This document shows positions 8,806-18,912 of a stretch of 64,000 nt of DNA, piece after piece. The position numbers and the translations under genes were made by a program. This stretch comes from a virus. The stretch spans positions 24,525-88,524 of IMG/VR virus record IMGVR_UViG_3300043640_000137. One strand, given 5' to 3'. The stretch's first letter is position 1; the number at the start of each line of letters is the position of its first letter. The notes beneath the pieces were generated by a model that saw nothing but the letters and a program-made list of their open reading frames with translations, was not told where the DNA came from and did not search any database.

Positions 8806-11800
8806 ATGGCGTCATTAGGATTCGGCATTGTAGGCGGCGTTATTGGTGCCTTCTTCGGCATGCCGCAGCTTGGCTTCGTGCTGGGCTCCGTGCTCGGCAC
8901 ATTGCTGTTTCCGCCGAAAGGCCCTCCGGGCACAGAGGGTCCGCGCCTCGGCGATCTGAGCGTCATGATCTCCTCTTACGGCGCGGCGATTCCGAAGGCG
9001 TGGGGCACGTTCCGCATGGCCGGCAACGTGATATGGGGAACCCCTATCGTCGAGCAAAAGCTGACGACCAAGGTCAAGCAGGGTAAAGGGTTCCTGACTC
9101 CCTCTACCACGGAGACCACCTATAACTATTACGGCAACTTCCAGGTCGCTTTCGCGCAGGGGCCAGCAAGCGGCGTCGTTCGTATCTGGGCCGACAAGAA
9201 GATCATCTATGACGGTCGAGCCAACGCGGGCGGCCTCGTGCTGCCAGGGCTCAACTTCCGCTTCTACGGCGGCTCTGAAGAGGAAGTGCCGGACTCGATC
9301 GTCGAGGCGAATGTCGGCGCAGGTCTGGCGCCAGGGAACCGCGGTATTTGCACGATCGTATTCGACACGCTCCCACTCGCCGCGTTCGGCAACCGCATAC
9401 CCTCGATCGAGGCGGAGATCGCATTCGACTCCAATGAGGCCAACACGTCGCGCGCCGGCATCGCGAACACTGAGGGCATCTTCGCTAGTACCCCCCTCGG
9501 TAGCGCGATGGCCGTCGATCGGTCGCGGCGCCTCATATACACAATCGGTTCGGGCGGCACTGGGGACGCTGGGCTGCGCATATTCAACATGGACACGCTC
9601 GTCGAAATCCGTCAGCGGTCTCAGGCCGACATCTTCGCGAACAGTTCGGCGCTGAGCGCGGCTCCCTCTAACGGGTTCAATTTTGAGGGCGGCTTCACTG
9701 TCGGCGGCGGTGGGTTCATCTACACGGGGCTCGGCGATTCGAATTACGATCCGATCGTTTCGATTGATCCGAATGTTTTGATGGTGGCAGGGCACGGGGC
9801 CGGGGTGCTCGGTGATTTTGGTAACTTGTCGGGAGACATCCCGGCGGTGTGGTCGCTGGCAGAAGCCTCGGGCCTAGCAGTGCTTGATCCCATTGCGGGT
9901 CTTACAACGCCGCGATACCTCGCCGGTCTGACACTAGCATCGTCTTCTCTCGCATCGAAGTTCGTCATTTCCCAAGACACTGACTTCGGGTTCCTTCCTG
10001 TGTTCGGTGTGAACTTGGGAGGCAACGGGGGCGATGGGACTTCTCTTTCGCTGACGGGGGCGACGCAGTGGCCCGTCCTTCGCCGCGCACGCGGCATCGC
10101 AGTAGACTACAATCCCGCGGATACGGAGGGGGGTGCTGCGCGCTGGTGGGTCGGAGACCAAGAGCTTGCCGGGGGTAACACGTCCCTCGCGATCCTCCGG
10201 TACACGATCGACGAGAGTGGGTTCAACGTCATTTTGAAGACCACGCTCGATCCCGCCGCATGGTTCAATGATGCTGCGGCCGGAACGCACGCAATCGGCC
10301 CCATCGTCGATCAGCGCGACGGCGGGCTCCTCTTCCTCGTGCAGCCATCGAACACCAGTGGTTGCTACGTGCTGAAGTGGGCGGACAACGGGACTGACGG
10401 CGGGACGGGGACCAACGGTCTTCAATGGGTTCTGAGAACAGAGACGGGCTGGCCGCAAGATGAGAACACGATCTGCCATGAGTCGCAGGTATCTTCGAGC
10501 CGCTTCGGGTTCTTCGACGGGACCAGCGCCGCGCTGATCGACACGTCGGTCGGCAAGATACTGGTCGATCAGGCGGTCGCGCTACCTTCGGGATGGGAGG
10601 TATCGGTCGGTCAGACGCAGTTCTATGACGGTGACTCGCAGAGCGTCTATACGTTCACGAATCAGAGCAGCACCGGCATCGGCCAAATATACCTCGGCCG
10701 AGTCACGGGTGAGAGCGCATCGCTCGATGCGATCGTCGGCGACATTTCGAGCCTCGCCGGCTTGAAGGCTAGTCAGATCGACGTGTCCCGGCTCACGTCA
10801 ACCGACGTCCAGGGCTTCGCTCTCGCGCAGCAGATGGCCGCGAGTGACGCGCTTCAGCCGCTGCTCACGGCGTATGTGATCGACACGATTGAGACAGACG
10901 GCAAGGTCGTCTTCGTCCCGCGCGGTAATGACTCTGCCGCATCGTACACGAAGAGCGATCTCATGTTCGACAGCGACAGTGCGTCCAGCGTCTTTCAGGA
11001 GACGCGTATGCAGGAGTGGGAGCTTCCGCAGTCGCTCTCGATCAACTTCATCGACCCTGCTCTCGACTACCAACCGAACTCGGTCTCGGTCTCGCGCGTC
11101 GGTGCGCCCGCTGTAGGCACGATCGCAGCGTCGAGCCCCGATGCCGAGCAGTTCCAGGTTCCAACTATCACGGTCGGCTCAGTGGCGGCCCAGGCCGCGA
11201 ACCTCGCTATCGTGATGGGCGCCACCGAAGCGGTGCAGCTTGCAGAACGGCTGCTCTACACGGCTTGGAATGAGCGAATGTCGGAGGCGTTCCGTGGCTC
11301 GATCAGCATGCTCGAACGCGATCCTGGTGACGTGATCACAGTTGACCTTGAAAACGGAACGGTGCTCACCCTGCGCTTGACGAAGGCGACGCTGAACGCC
11401 GACTACAGCACCAACTTCCAAGCGACGGTACAGGATAAGACGACGCTCGTTGCGACGAAGACTTCGTTGGGCGGCTTCGGCATGCCGCAGCAAGTTCCGC
11501 CGGGTCAGGGCAAGACGCAACTCTTCGTCTTCGATATACCGCTGCTGCGCGATATCGACGACACGAACGGCGTCGCTTCGCGGCTCTACGTCGGCATGAA
11601 CGGGTACACGAACAACTGGCCCGGTGGCGTGCTGTGGCGCTCGACGGACGGAGGCGCGACGTACGCATTGACCGGCACGCGAGCCGTTGTCGGCTGTGCA
11701 AACGGATACGTCGTTGGCGGGTTCCTGCCGGCCACTGACGCTCCCTTCCAGACGGATCGTAAGACCGCGCTTCGAGTCGTCATGAACGAGGGCGAACTGG

Positions 11801-12471
11801 AAAGTGAAACGCAGTCGAACTTCTTGAACAACGCCAACGTCGCGATCATTGGCGATCCCTTCCTCGGTAATTGGGAAGTCGTACTGTTCCGTGATGCCGT
11901 GCAGCAGGACGATGGATCGTACCTCGTCAGCACGATCATGCGCGGTCGGCGTGGTACGGAGGGGCAAGTCAATACACACGGAACCGGCGAGTTCATCATC
12001 GTCCCGACTGCGGCGGCCTTCTCGACGTACGTGATGGCCCTCAATGACCTGGGCGACCCTGCGTTCTTTCGAGGCGTCGGTCTCACCGAGCTTGTCGAGG
12101 ATGCGGATACGGTGACGTTGACACCGAGAGGCAACGATCTGAAGCCGTACGCGCCCTGCCATCTGAAGGCCGCGAAGTCCGGCAGCGATATCGCGATCAC
12201 TTGGGTTCGCCGCAACCGGACGCTCGGTGGCTTGAGAGACCTCACCGGAACGGTCCCGATGACCGAGGCAACCGAAAGCTACTCGATCGACATCTTCAAC
12301 GGGAGCAGCGTTGTTCGTACGTTGACAGCTACTTCTCCCACTGTTACTTATACAAGCGCCAATATCACAGCAGATTTTGGTAGCTTGCCAGCCACATTAA
12401 CCTTCGCGGTCTACCAAATCAGCGCCGCCATCGGTCGCGGGTTCCAGGCGAAGACGACGATCACCCTATAG
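8806..12471 (+). CDS. Tail tip / central fibre protein (Phage-tail_3, megatron-like)
   Basis: 1221 aa; 'EGPRLGDL..SSYGAAIP..WG', 'RIWAD', 'FGNRIPSI', 'MRGRRGTE', 'ITWVRR'. Confidence 0.9.
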   Translation: MASLGFGIVGGVIGAFFGMPQLGFVLGSVLGTLLFPPKGPPGTEGPRLGDLSVMISSYGAAIPKAWGTFRMAGNVIWGTPIVEQKLTTKVKQGKGFLTPSTTETTYNYYGNFQVAFAQGPASGVVRIWADKKIIYDGRANAGGLVLPGLNFRFYGGSEEEVPDSIVEANVGAGLAPGNRGICTIVFDTLPLAAFGNRIPSIEAEIAFDSNEANTSRAGIANTEGIFASTPLGSAMAVDRSRRLIYTIGSGGTGDAGLRIFNMDTLVEIRQRSQADIFANSSALSAAPSNGFNFEGGFTVGGGGFIYTGLGDSNYDPIVSIDPNVLMVAGHGAGVLGDFGNLSGDIPAVWSLAEASGLAVLDPIAGLTTPRYLAGLTLASSSLASKFVISQDTDFGFLPVFGVNLGGNGGDGTSLSLTGATQWPVLRRARGIAVDYNPADTEGGAARWWVGDQELAGGNTSLAILRYTIDESGFNVILKTTLDPAAWFNDAAAGTHAIGPIVDQRDGGLLFLVQPSNTSGCYVLKWADNGTDGGTGTNGLQWVLRTETGWPQDENTICHESQVSSSRFGFFDGTSAALIDTSVGKILVDQAVALPSGWEVSVGQTQFYDGDSQSVYTFTNQSSTGIGQIYLGRVTGESASLDAIVGDISSLAGLKASQIDVSRLTSTDVQGFALAQQMAASDALQPLLTAYVIDTIETDGKVVFVPRGNDSAASYTKSDLMFDSDSASSVFQETRMQEWELPQSLSINFIDPALDYQPNSVSVSRVGAPAVGTIAASSPDAEQFQVPTITVGSVAAQAANLAIVMGATEAVQLAERLLYTAWNERMSEAFRGSISMLERDPGDVITVDLENGTVLTLRLTKATLNADYSTNFQATVQDKTTLVATKTSLGGFGMPQQVPPGQGKTQLFVFDIPLLRDIDDTNGVASRLYVGMNGYTNNWPGGVLWRSTDGGATYALTGTRAVVGCANGYVVGGFLPATDAPFQTDRKTALRVVMNEGELESETQSNFLNNANVAIIGDPFLGNWEVVLFRDAVQQDDGSYLVSTIMRGRRGTEGQVNTHGTGEFIIVPTAAAFSTYVMALNDLGDPAFFRGVGLTELVEDADTVTLTPRGNDLKPYAPCHLKAAKSGSDIAITWVRRNRTLGGLRDLTGTVPMTEATESYSIDIFNGSSVVRTLTATSPTVTYTSANITADFGSLPATLTFAVYQISAAIGRGFQAKTTITL

Positions 12472-12480
12472 GACATCACC

Positions 12481-13194
12481 ATGGGCAACCTTTCCGTCGA
12501 TCAAGTCGTGGCGAGCCAAGATAACAAGGAAACGACCATCAACGATGCTACCGCGGTACTCGAAGACGCGTTAACCGAACTGTTCGCGAAGACGCTCACA
12601 AGCCTCACCAGCCCGATCACGTTGACGACCGACGAGTGGCTGCGTGCGATCCGTGTGGACTTCACCGGGGCGCTGACAGGAGACTTCGTTGCTCACGCGC
12701 CGGCCGTGAAGAAGCTCTCGATCATCTCGAACCTCACGACCGGCGGCTTCGACGTGAAGGTCGATATCGCGAGCGGCAATGGGGTCACGGTGCATCCCGG
12801 CCAACAGAAGCTCGTCTATGCTGACGGCACGAACGTCGTGCTCGTGCAAGACATGTCGCAGCTTGTCGGCACATTTATCCCTGGCCTGCCGGGCGACGGT
12901 GCGCAAGTGCTGCGGTTCCTCGCGCCGTTCGACTTCACGATCAAGAAGGCGCTGGCCGGCGCGCGGGCGACAGCGAAGACTAATCCGACTGCGACGGCGA
13001 CGTTCTCATTGCAGAAGAACGACACGCAGTTCGGCACGATTGCGATCGGCACCAGCGGCGCTGTGACGCTGACGAACACGGCCGACGTGACCTTCACCGA
13101 CGACACCGACATCTTCTCGATCGTGGCGCCGAGCCCGCAGGACGTGACTCTCGCGGATGTCTCGCTGATCGTGCCGATCATTCGGAGCACTTGA
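12481..13194 (+). CDS. Tail fibre / fibre adaptor protein
   Basis: N-terminus 'QDNKETTINDA' resembles the DUF2793-type fibre anchor; follows the tail tip gene. Confidence 0.6.
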   Translation: MGNLSVDQVVASQDNKETTINDATAVLEDALTELFAKTLTSLTSPITLTTDEWLRAIRVDFTGALTGDFVAHAPAVKKLSIISNLTTGGFDVKVDIASGNGVTVHPGQQKLVYADGTNVVLVQDMSQLVGTFIPGLPGDGAQVLRFLAPFDFTIKKALAGARATAKTNPTATATFSLQKNDTQFGTIAIGTSGAVTLTNTADVTFTDDTDIFSIVAPSPQDVTLADVSLIVPIIRST

Positions 13195-13195
13195 T

Positions 13196-15046
13196 ATGAC
13201 AAATTACTATGTCTCCTCGGTCGCCTTCACCGCTGTCTCGACGTGGGCCGCGCTGACCAGCGGCGTTGCGACGGCGGTCTCGCTCGGGCAGTACGTGCGC
13301 AACACGAGTCCCGCTGCGGATGCGACCGGCGTGGATAGTAACCAGCGCGTATGGAAGTGTACGACCGCGGGTACGACAAGCACGACGGAGCCCACGGCAT
13401 GGAGCACCACGTCTCCCGGCAACGATGGATCGACCACGACGGATGGTACGGTCGTCTGGACCGAAGTCATGGGCCGTGAGGCCGAGCAGGTAGCCGGTAC
13501 GTGGCATGCACCGGCACCCGACGTCCGCTCGATGATCACTTGTAAGAACCCGACTGCCGGCGACACAATCTTCATCTCTAGTGATCACGCCGAGACATAC
13601 ACCGTCCCGAGCTTCGTTGCCTTCTCACCAACTACCAACGTCGCGGCATCCCGCAACGTCAGATACATATCTGTGTCACGTACCGGCACGCACTTGCCTC
13701 CCATCGCAGCAGACATAACGAGCGGCGCGTCCCTCTCCGCAGCGATTGCGGCTACCAGCGTCACCTACGGCCTGCAATGGGCATACTACAGCGGCATCAC
13801 GTTCCATCTTACCGACACGGGTGCCCAGAATAACCAGATCAAGTTCGAAGGTTCGAGCGGGACGAATCCTTCTGGGCAGAAGTGCATACTGGAAAACTGC
13901 TTGCTCTTGATTGACTCGACGGGGCTGTCCTCATCCATTGTGATCGGCGACGCCTCCGCGGGCAGCGCGCTTGTGGAATGGATCAATACCGCGATCAAAT
14001 ACACGGGTGTTGCGGCATCCCCCGCTATCGCGCTTATGCAGTTCGCGAGTTTGATCTGGCGGGATACCCCGAGCAACGCCGTGCAGGGAACGGCGCCGGA
14101 TTCGCTACTTGGAGTCAACACCGTGGGCTCGAACACTCAGGGCTTCGCAACATTGCGCGGCCTTGATCTTTCAGGATGCGGAGCGGGAAAACTAATCAAC
14201 CCGGTCTCTACCGTGGGACCGACTCGCATCTCGCTTGAAAACTGCAAGCTCTCTGCGACCGTCACGGACGCTAACATTATCGCCAAAACGAAAGGCAGCA
14301 CTGACGACGCGCTATGCCTCTCCGTCGATAACTGCGACAACAGCACGAGTGGCCGGAACTGGCGCATGTTCCGTGCGTACTCGATGGGCATAGTCAAATC
14401 CGTCAGCAGCCCCGCACGAGATACCGGCGCGTCAGATGGGGTGACGGGCATCTCGTGGGCTTTCAGCAGTATTAGCGACACGCGCTTCGGAACGCTGCCC
14501 AACGTCTCGCTGCAAGGGCCTCAGATCGTGCGGCGGTACGACACGACCGGCTCTTCCAAGACCCTCACCGTTGAGATGCTGTATAACGGCACCGCGTTGC
14601 TGACCAATGCCCAAGCATGGATCGAGGCCGAAGTTCTCGGCACGGCAGGCGTTCCGCTCTCGGGGACTATTTCGTCTGGGATCGCGACCCCACTGACCAC
14701 CGCGGGCAACCTATCGACGAGCACGAAGACATGGGATGCGCCTGCGCGCGTCAACTCGCACGCTTACGTGCTCGGCGATGTGATATCCACAACGAGCAAT
14801 GTCGGCCCGGTCTTCTTCTGCACAACCGCAGGCACGAGTGCGTCGTCTGAGCCCGGAGGGTACGCATCGGCAGTCGATGGCGGTAGCGTGACGGATGGCA
14901 CCGCTCACTTCCGCGCCGGCTTCCGCATGAGCGCGAGCGTGACATTCACGGCCCAGGTCAAAGGGATGGTGCGTGTGATACCGAGGTTCGCCGTCACTAA
15001 CGACGCCTTCCACTTTTTCGTCGATCCCATGCTGACGATTACGTGA
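13196..15046 (+). CDS. Tail fibre / receptor-binding protein
   Basis: 616 aa, Ser/Thr-rich, beta-helix-like middle, two 'CTTAGT..EP..DGT' modules. Confidence 0.65.
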   Translation: MTNYYVSSVAFTAVSTWAALTSGVATAVSLGQYVRNTSPAADATGVDSNQRVWKCTTAGTTSTTEPTAWSTTSPGNDGSTTTDGTVVWTEVMGREAEQVAGTWHAPAPDVRSMITCKNPTAGDTIFISSDHAETYTVPSFVAFSPTTNVAASRNVRYISVSRTGTHLPPIAADITSGASLSAAIAATSVTYGLQWAYYSGITFHLTDTGAQNNQIKFEGSSGTNPSGQKCILENCLLLIDSTGLSSSIVIGDASAGSALVEWINTAIKYTGVAASPAIALMQFASLIWRDTPSNAVQGTAPDSLLGVNTVGSNTQGFATLRGLDLSGCGAGKLINPVSTVGPTRISLENCKLSATVTDANIIAKTKGSTDDALCLSVDNCDNSTSGRNWRMFRAYSMGIVKSVSSPARDTGASDGVTGISWAFSSISDTRFGTLPNVSLQGPQIVRRYDTTGSSKTLTVEMLYNGTALLTNAQAWIEAEVLGTAGVPLSGTISSGIATPLTTAGNLSTSTKTWDAPARVNSHAYVLGDVISTTSNVGPVFFCTTAGTSASSEPGGYASAVDGGSVTDGTAHFRAGFRMSASVTFTAQVKGMVRVIPRFAVTNDAFHFFVDPMLTIT

Positions 15047-15050
15047 CGCC

Positions 15051-15509
15051 ATGACGACCGAACAATATCTCATCCCAGGCGGCGGCTTCTACAACGACAG
15101 CGGCACACCGGCCGACTACCTCATACCGGGCGGCTCACTGTCCGTTGATACGTCTTCGAGCGCGAGCACGGTTAACGGCGTCGGATCGGCGGCCGGTGTA
15201 GCCGCAGTCAGTGGAGCGTCCGTCACAACGGTATCTCGGGCGGGCTCGGCGGCCGGCAAGGCCACGGTCAGCGGAGCTTCCATCGCGGTGGTATCCAGAG
15301 TCGGCTCGGCGGCCGGCAAGGCCACGGTCAGCGGAGCATCCCTTGCTGCGGCAGTTAGAGCGGGCTCGGCGGCTGGCAAAGCCACGGTCAGCGGAGCCGC
15401 CTTCTCGCTGGCATCTCGGGCGGGCTCGGCGGCCGGCAAAGCCACGGTCAACGCGGTCAGCCTCGGCGCGGCCGGAAGCCAGCCAGTTCTCCTCATGTTT
15501 GGTTTCTAA
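15051..15509 (+). CDS. Repetitive Ala/Gly/Ser virion (fibre-associated) protein
   Basis: Five 20-aa repeats '(R)AGSAAGKATVSGA...'. Confidence 0.6.
   Translation: MTTEQYLIPGGGFYNDSGTPADYLIPGGSLSVDTSSSASTVNGVGSAAGVAAVSGASVTTVSRAGSAAGKATVSGASIAVVSRVGSAAGKATVSGASLAAAVRAGSAAGKATVSGAAFSLASRAGSAAGKATVNAVSLGAAGSQPVLLMFGF
15180..15462 (+). repeat. 60-bp coding tandem repeat, about 4.7 copies
   Basis: GGCTCGGCGGCCGGCAA(G/A)GCCACGGTCAGCGGAGC recurs at a 60-bp period (15243, 15303, 15363, 15423, plus a degenerate copy at 15183). Confidence 0.9.
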
Positions 15510-15594
15510 ACCGGCCAGTTCACGTAGCTCGGCTACGTATATTCCATATTCTTCCGCTATTGTATTTGCCCATCTTGTCAGTTAATGTAGCTGA

Positions 15595-15852
15595 ATGGGC
15601 GTGACCAAAGGCATCCTCATCGATCTGTTCACCAACTCGGAAGGCCATCGCGCCGACGAGATGGCTTCGCTGTCGATTGTCGGCGTGCTCGTGTTCATCG
15701 GCCTCGCGATTTACAGCGTTGCATACAAGGGCTCGGCCTTCGATCCGACAGGATACGGCACGGGCCTCGGTGCGGCGATCGGCGGTGCAGCGGTCGGCAT
15801 CGGCCTGAAGGGCAAGATGGAGCGCGACATCGGCAAAGACGGAGAAAAATGA
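15595..15852 (+). CDS. Putative holin
   Basis: 85 aa, two hydrophobic segments, charged C-terminus, directly upstream of the spanins. Confidence 0.55.
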   Translation: MGVTKGILIDLFTNSEGHRADEMASLSIVGVLVFIGLAIYSVAYKGSAFDPTGYGTGLGAAIGGAAVGIGLKGKMERDIGKDGEK

Positions 15853-16340
15853 TGTTCGGACTCAGCACGATCAAGCTCATCGGCATTGGCCTCGGGGTCG
15901 TTGCCATCATCGGCGTCATCTTCGCCGGCTACCGCTTCGTATCGAATCAGATCGACGACCGGGTGAACGGCGCCGTCGTCGCAACTCAGTCTCAGGATGC
16001 GGCACGTATCAATGCCGTCACTGCTGCGCAGACCGCCGCGGAGGCGAAAGCCAACGCCGCTCAGGAAGCGCAGACCATGCAGCGTCTCAACGATCTTGGC
16101 CATGCACAGCAGCAGAATGCGAGCAAGGCGCAGGACATTTCCGGGAGCCTTCATCATGACTTCTCTGCGTCCTCTTCGCCTGACGGCGATGCTTCTGCCG
16201 CTCGCGATGATTTCGATCGGCTTAACCGCATGCTCGAATGCGCTTCCGGGGCTGCTGGCAGTTGTGTCAGCGCCGAAGCTGGCCCCGCCGATGCGGCCCA
16301 GCCCGGAAGCTCCGGCGCCGGTAAAGCTCCGCGATCTTAA
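15849..16340 (+). CDS. Inner-membrane spanin (Rz-like)
   Basis: Single N-terminal TM helix followed by an Ala/Gln coiled coil; overlapped by a lipoprotein ORF. Confidence 0.75.
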   Translation: MMFGLSTIKLIGIGLGVVAIIGVIFAGYRFVSNQIDDRVNGAVVATQSQDAARINAVTAAQTAAEAKANAAQEAQTMQRLNDLGHAQQQNASKAQDISGSLHHDFSASSSPDGDASAARDDFDRLNRMLECASGAAGSCVSAEAGPADAAQPGSSGAGKAPRS

Positions 16341-16548
16341 CTGGCAGGTCGTCGTCGATCCCAAGACGCACGAGCCCGTCTTCGGGCTCAGCGTCCAGGG
16401 CCTCTACGACCTCGAAGGCAACGAAGTGATGCTCGGCCAGTGGATCGGCGACTCGAAAGCCGTGATCGAGTTTTATCGTGCCGACAACGCCGCTGCCAAT
16501 GCGGAGAATGCACCTTCAAGCTCCGCAAAGGATGCGGGCAAAAAGTAA
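16156..16548 (+). CDS. Outer-membrane spanin lipoprotein (Rz1-like), overlapping
   Basis: RBS GGGAG at 16143 and ATG at 16156; signal peptide ending in lipobox LTAC; Pro-rich mature part; +1 frame overlap with the i-spanin. Confidence 0.8.
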   Translation: MTSLRPLRLTAMLLPLAMISIGLTACSNALPGLLAVVSAPKLAPPMRPSPEAPAPVKLRDLNWQVVVDPKTHEPVFGLSVQGLYDLEGNEVMLGQWIGDSKAVIEFYRADNAAANAENAPSSSAKDAGKK

Positions 16549-16592
16549 TCCTCGGACGATGGGTTGCGCAGTTTCAGTGTTCGAGGCGTGTC

Positions 16593-16973
16593 ATGGGCGA
16601 GTTCGATGTCGAGACTATGCTGCGGAACCTCACCCTGGATGTGCGAGACCTCCGCAAAGAGGTAGCCGCGATCCCGGAGAAGGCTGCCGAGGCCGCGCGT
16701 CGTGAAGCGCGCACCGCGCTCCTGAAGGTCGGGCTCGATACTACCAACGCGACGGAGCACCAGCGCGACATGGCTCTCGTCAGCGAAATCCGTGACATGG
16801 CCGAGCAGGGCAAGTTCTTCGAGCCGCTTCGTGCCGCGACCGACTGGAAGATCGCACAGGACGTCGTGAAGAGGGCCGGCCTCAAAGCCGCTACCGCGAG
16901 CCTCGTGGCGGCAGCGATCGGACTCTTCTGGCTCGGCTTCTCCGACAAGCTGCGGAGCATGTTTCACCTATGA
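16593..16973 (+). CDS. Phage membrane protein (coiled coil plus C-terminal TM; holin/antiholin candidate)
   Basis: Helical body and a C-terminal hydrophobic segment; located in the lysis cluster. Confidence 0.5.
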   Translation: MGEFDVETMLRNLTLDVRDLRKEVAAIPEKAAEAARREARTALLKVGLDTTNATEHQRDMALVSEIRDMAEQGKFFEPLRAATDWKIAQDVVKRAGLKAATASLVAAAIGLFWLGFSDKLRSMFHL

Positions 16974-17305
16974 TCAAAGCTATCGTCGCCTGGACCCTTT
17001 GGGTACAGCCGGCACAGTGGTCCGAGCAAGTGGAACCGTTCTACATCGGCGTGTCTTTCCTTTGCCCTCACTGTGATCATACGGATTGCCCAGAGTGCGG
17101 AGCGCATCGCGGCAAAAGGTTGGCCGTGCGTTTCTGGCCGCCTATCGATCCCGGATCATGGGAGCCGCGGGTCACGCCGATTCCTCATGTCGGGTTTCAT
17201 ACCCGTGTGAGCGGCGACACCTTCGAGGCCCTTACCCTATCGCCGAGTGTGGGACTCGATCCTCACTGGCACGGTCACATCGTCAACGGGGTACTGAAGC
17301 CATGA
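16970..17305 (+). CDS. DUF6527-like zinc-binding protein
   Basis: 'FLCPHC' and 'LTLSPSV..HWHGHIVNG'. Confidence 0.55.
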   Translation: MIKAIVAWTLWVQPAQWSEQVEPFYIGVSFLCPHCDHTDCPECGAHRGKRLAVRFWPPIDPGSWEPRVTPIPHVGFHTRVSGDTFEALTLSPSVGLDPHWHGHIVNGVLKP

Positions 17306-17556
17306 GCATTACGCTTGCTCGCGCACTCGGAGCTATCGTCGCCTGGACCCTTTGGACGCTGCTCGGAATCTACATCGGCGTGACCGTGTGGATGGACCTC
17401 TTCGCCTTCGCCGAGGCGAAGTGCGGGACCGTCATGTTCTCGTTGACGTGGCCGATCTTCGCATTCGGCGGGCACACGGGACTCGACGCTTGGGGACCGT
17501 ACCTCTGGGTCGAGTATCACATCGCCGGCTTCTGCGTCTGGTACTGGCCATTATGA
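17302..17556 (+). CDS. Small membrane protein
   Basis: ATGA-coupled to both neighbours; hydrophobic and Trp-rich. Confidence 0.5.
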   Translation: MSITLARALGAIVAWTLWTLLGIYIGVTVWMDLFAFAEAKCGTVMFSLTWPIFAFGGHTGLDAWGPYLWVEYHIAGFCVWYWPL

Positions 17557-18020
17557 GGCAGTCGAATGTTCTCGCTTGCGTTCTGGACGCGGAAACGCTC
17601 GACCCGCGTGCATGGGACGACTTCCCCGAATGGAGACGCGTCTTCCTGTCCGAGCGCAATGACCGGCTCTTCGCGATCGTTGACCGGCAGGAATACGACT
17701 TCGCGCAACAGTTCTCCTGGGCCTGCCACAAGCAGGGAGGCTGGCGGTATCCCAACTACTACGCGCGTCGCACGGCCGGGCGCAACGAGGACGTTTCACA
17801 CGGTACGCCGTTTTATCTCCATGTCGAAATCATGAAGCTTGTCGCGCCGTCGCCGTCGCCGAATCACACGATTGCCGATCATCGTAACGGCAACACGCTC
17901 GACTGCCGGCGCTGCAATCTCCGCTGGGTGACGCTGACCGAGAACCGAGCGAACCGCCATGGCTTTTGGAGAGGTCGCGGACCCGAGCAAGCGTGGAACG
18001 GATGGAAGGAAGCATCATGA
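17553..18020 (+). CDS. HNH homing endonuclease
   Basis: 'YLHVEIM..ADHRNGNTLDCRRCNLRWVT..ENRAN'. Confidence 0.85.
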   Translation: MRQSNVLACVLDAETLDPRAWDDFPEWRRVFLSERNDRLFAIVDRQEYDFAQQFSWACHKQGGWRYPNYYARRTAGRNEDVSHGTPFYLHVEIMKLVAPSPSPNHTIADHRNGNTLDCRRCNLRWVTLTENRANRHGFWRGRGPEQAWNGWKEAS

Positions 18021-18188
18021 GCGATTGGGGCTTCGCATTCTCAGCCGAATGGGCCAGCACACCTTGGACGGTGGGTGCGTGGCCTTTGCCGATGCTCTGC
18101 ATATTCCGTGGTCAAGAGACTCACGATCTACACGTCAAGGTCGGCCGGCTGCTCCTGACGATCGTCTGCCGCAAGGGAGGGTTCTGCC

Positions 18189-18905
18189 GTGGTGACTGAA
18201 ACAATCGACGATATGGCCTTCGACATCGTGCAGCGCGAAGGCGGCTACGTGAACGACTCGGCGGACAAGGGCGGCCCGACGAACCACGGCATCACGCTCG
18301 CCGTCGCGAAGAAGCACGGGTACAGCGATGTGCAGCAGATCACGGTGCCGATCGCCGAGCAGATCATGATCGCCGACTACTTCACCGCGCCCGGCTTCGA
18401 TAAGTTGCCGGCGGTGATCCAGCCGCAGATGTTCGACATCGCCGTGAACTCCGGCGCGGGCGAAGCGGTGAAGCTGCTGCAACACGCGCTCGTGAGCCTC
18501 GGCGGTGATACGATCGTGGTGGACGGCGTACTCGGCCCTAAGACGATTGAGATACTTGACGCGGCGTGCAGCTATCACGGCGAGGCCGATGTGGATGACG
18601 CGATCGTGGACGCCCGCATCGCCTTCTACCGATCGCTCGTCGCGGCCGACCCGGCGGAGCAGCAGTTCCTCAATGGATGGACCGCTCGGGCCAAGACCTT
18701 CGAGATGGTCAAGGGCACCAAGCTTGTGACGCCGGCAACGACGCTGCCCATCACGGCTACCGCGCCGCCGGCAGGCGTCCAGGTCTCGAAGTCGGTTCAG
18801 GTGGTGTCGCAGGCGACGGCCCCGGCTCCGGCATGTGCGTCGGCCAGCCGGTGGACCTTCGAAGCGCTGCTCTCGAAATTGGGTCTTGCCCCAAGTCTGG
18901 TCTAG
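18189..18905 (+). CDS. Endolysin, glycoside hydrolase family 108 with peptidoglycan-binding domain
   Basis: 'REGGYVND..DKGGPTNHGIT', 'FDIAVNSG', 'VDGVLGPKT', 'FLNGWTAR'. Confidence 0.92.
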   Translation: MVTETIDDMAFDIVQREGGYVNDSADKGGPTNHGITLAVAKKHGYSDVQQITVPIAEQIMIADYFTAPGFDKLPAVIQPQMFDIAVNSGAGEAVKLLQHALVSLGGDTIVVDGVLGPKTIEILDAACSYHGEADVDDAIVDARIAFYRSLVAADPAEQQFLNGWTARAKTFEMVKGTKLVTPATTLPITATAPPAGVQVSKSVQVVSQATAPAPACASASRWTFEALLSKLGLAPSLV

Positions 18906-18912
18906 GATAAGC

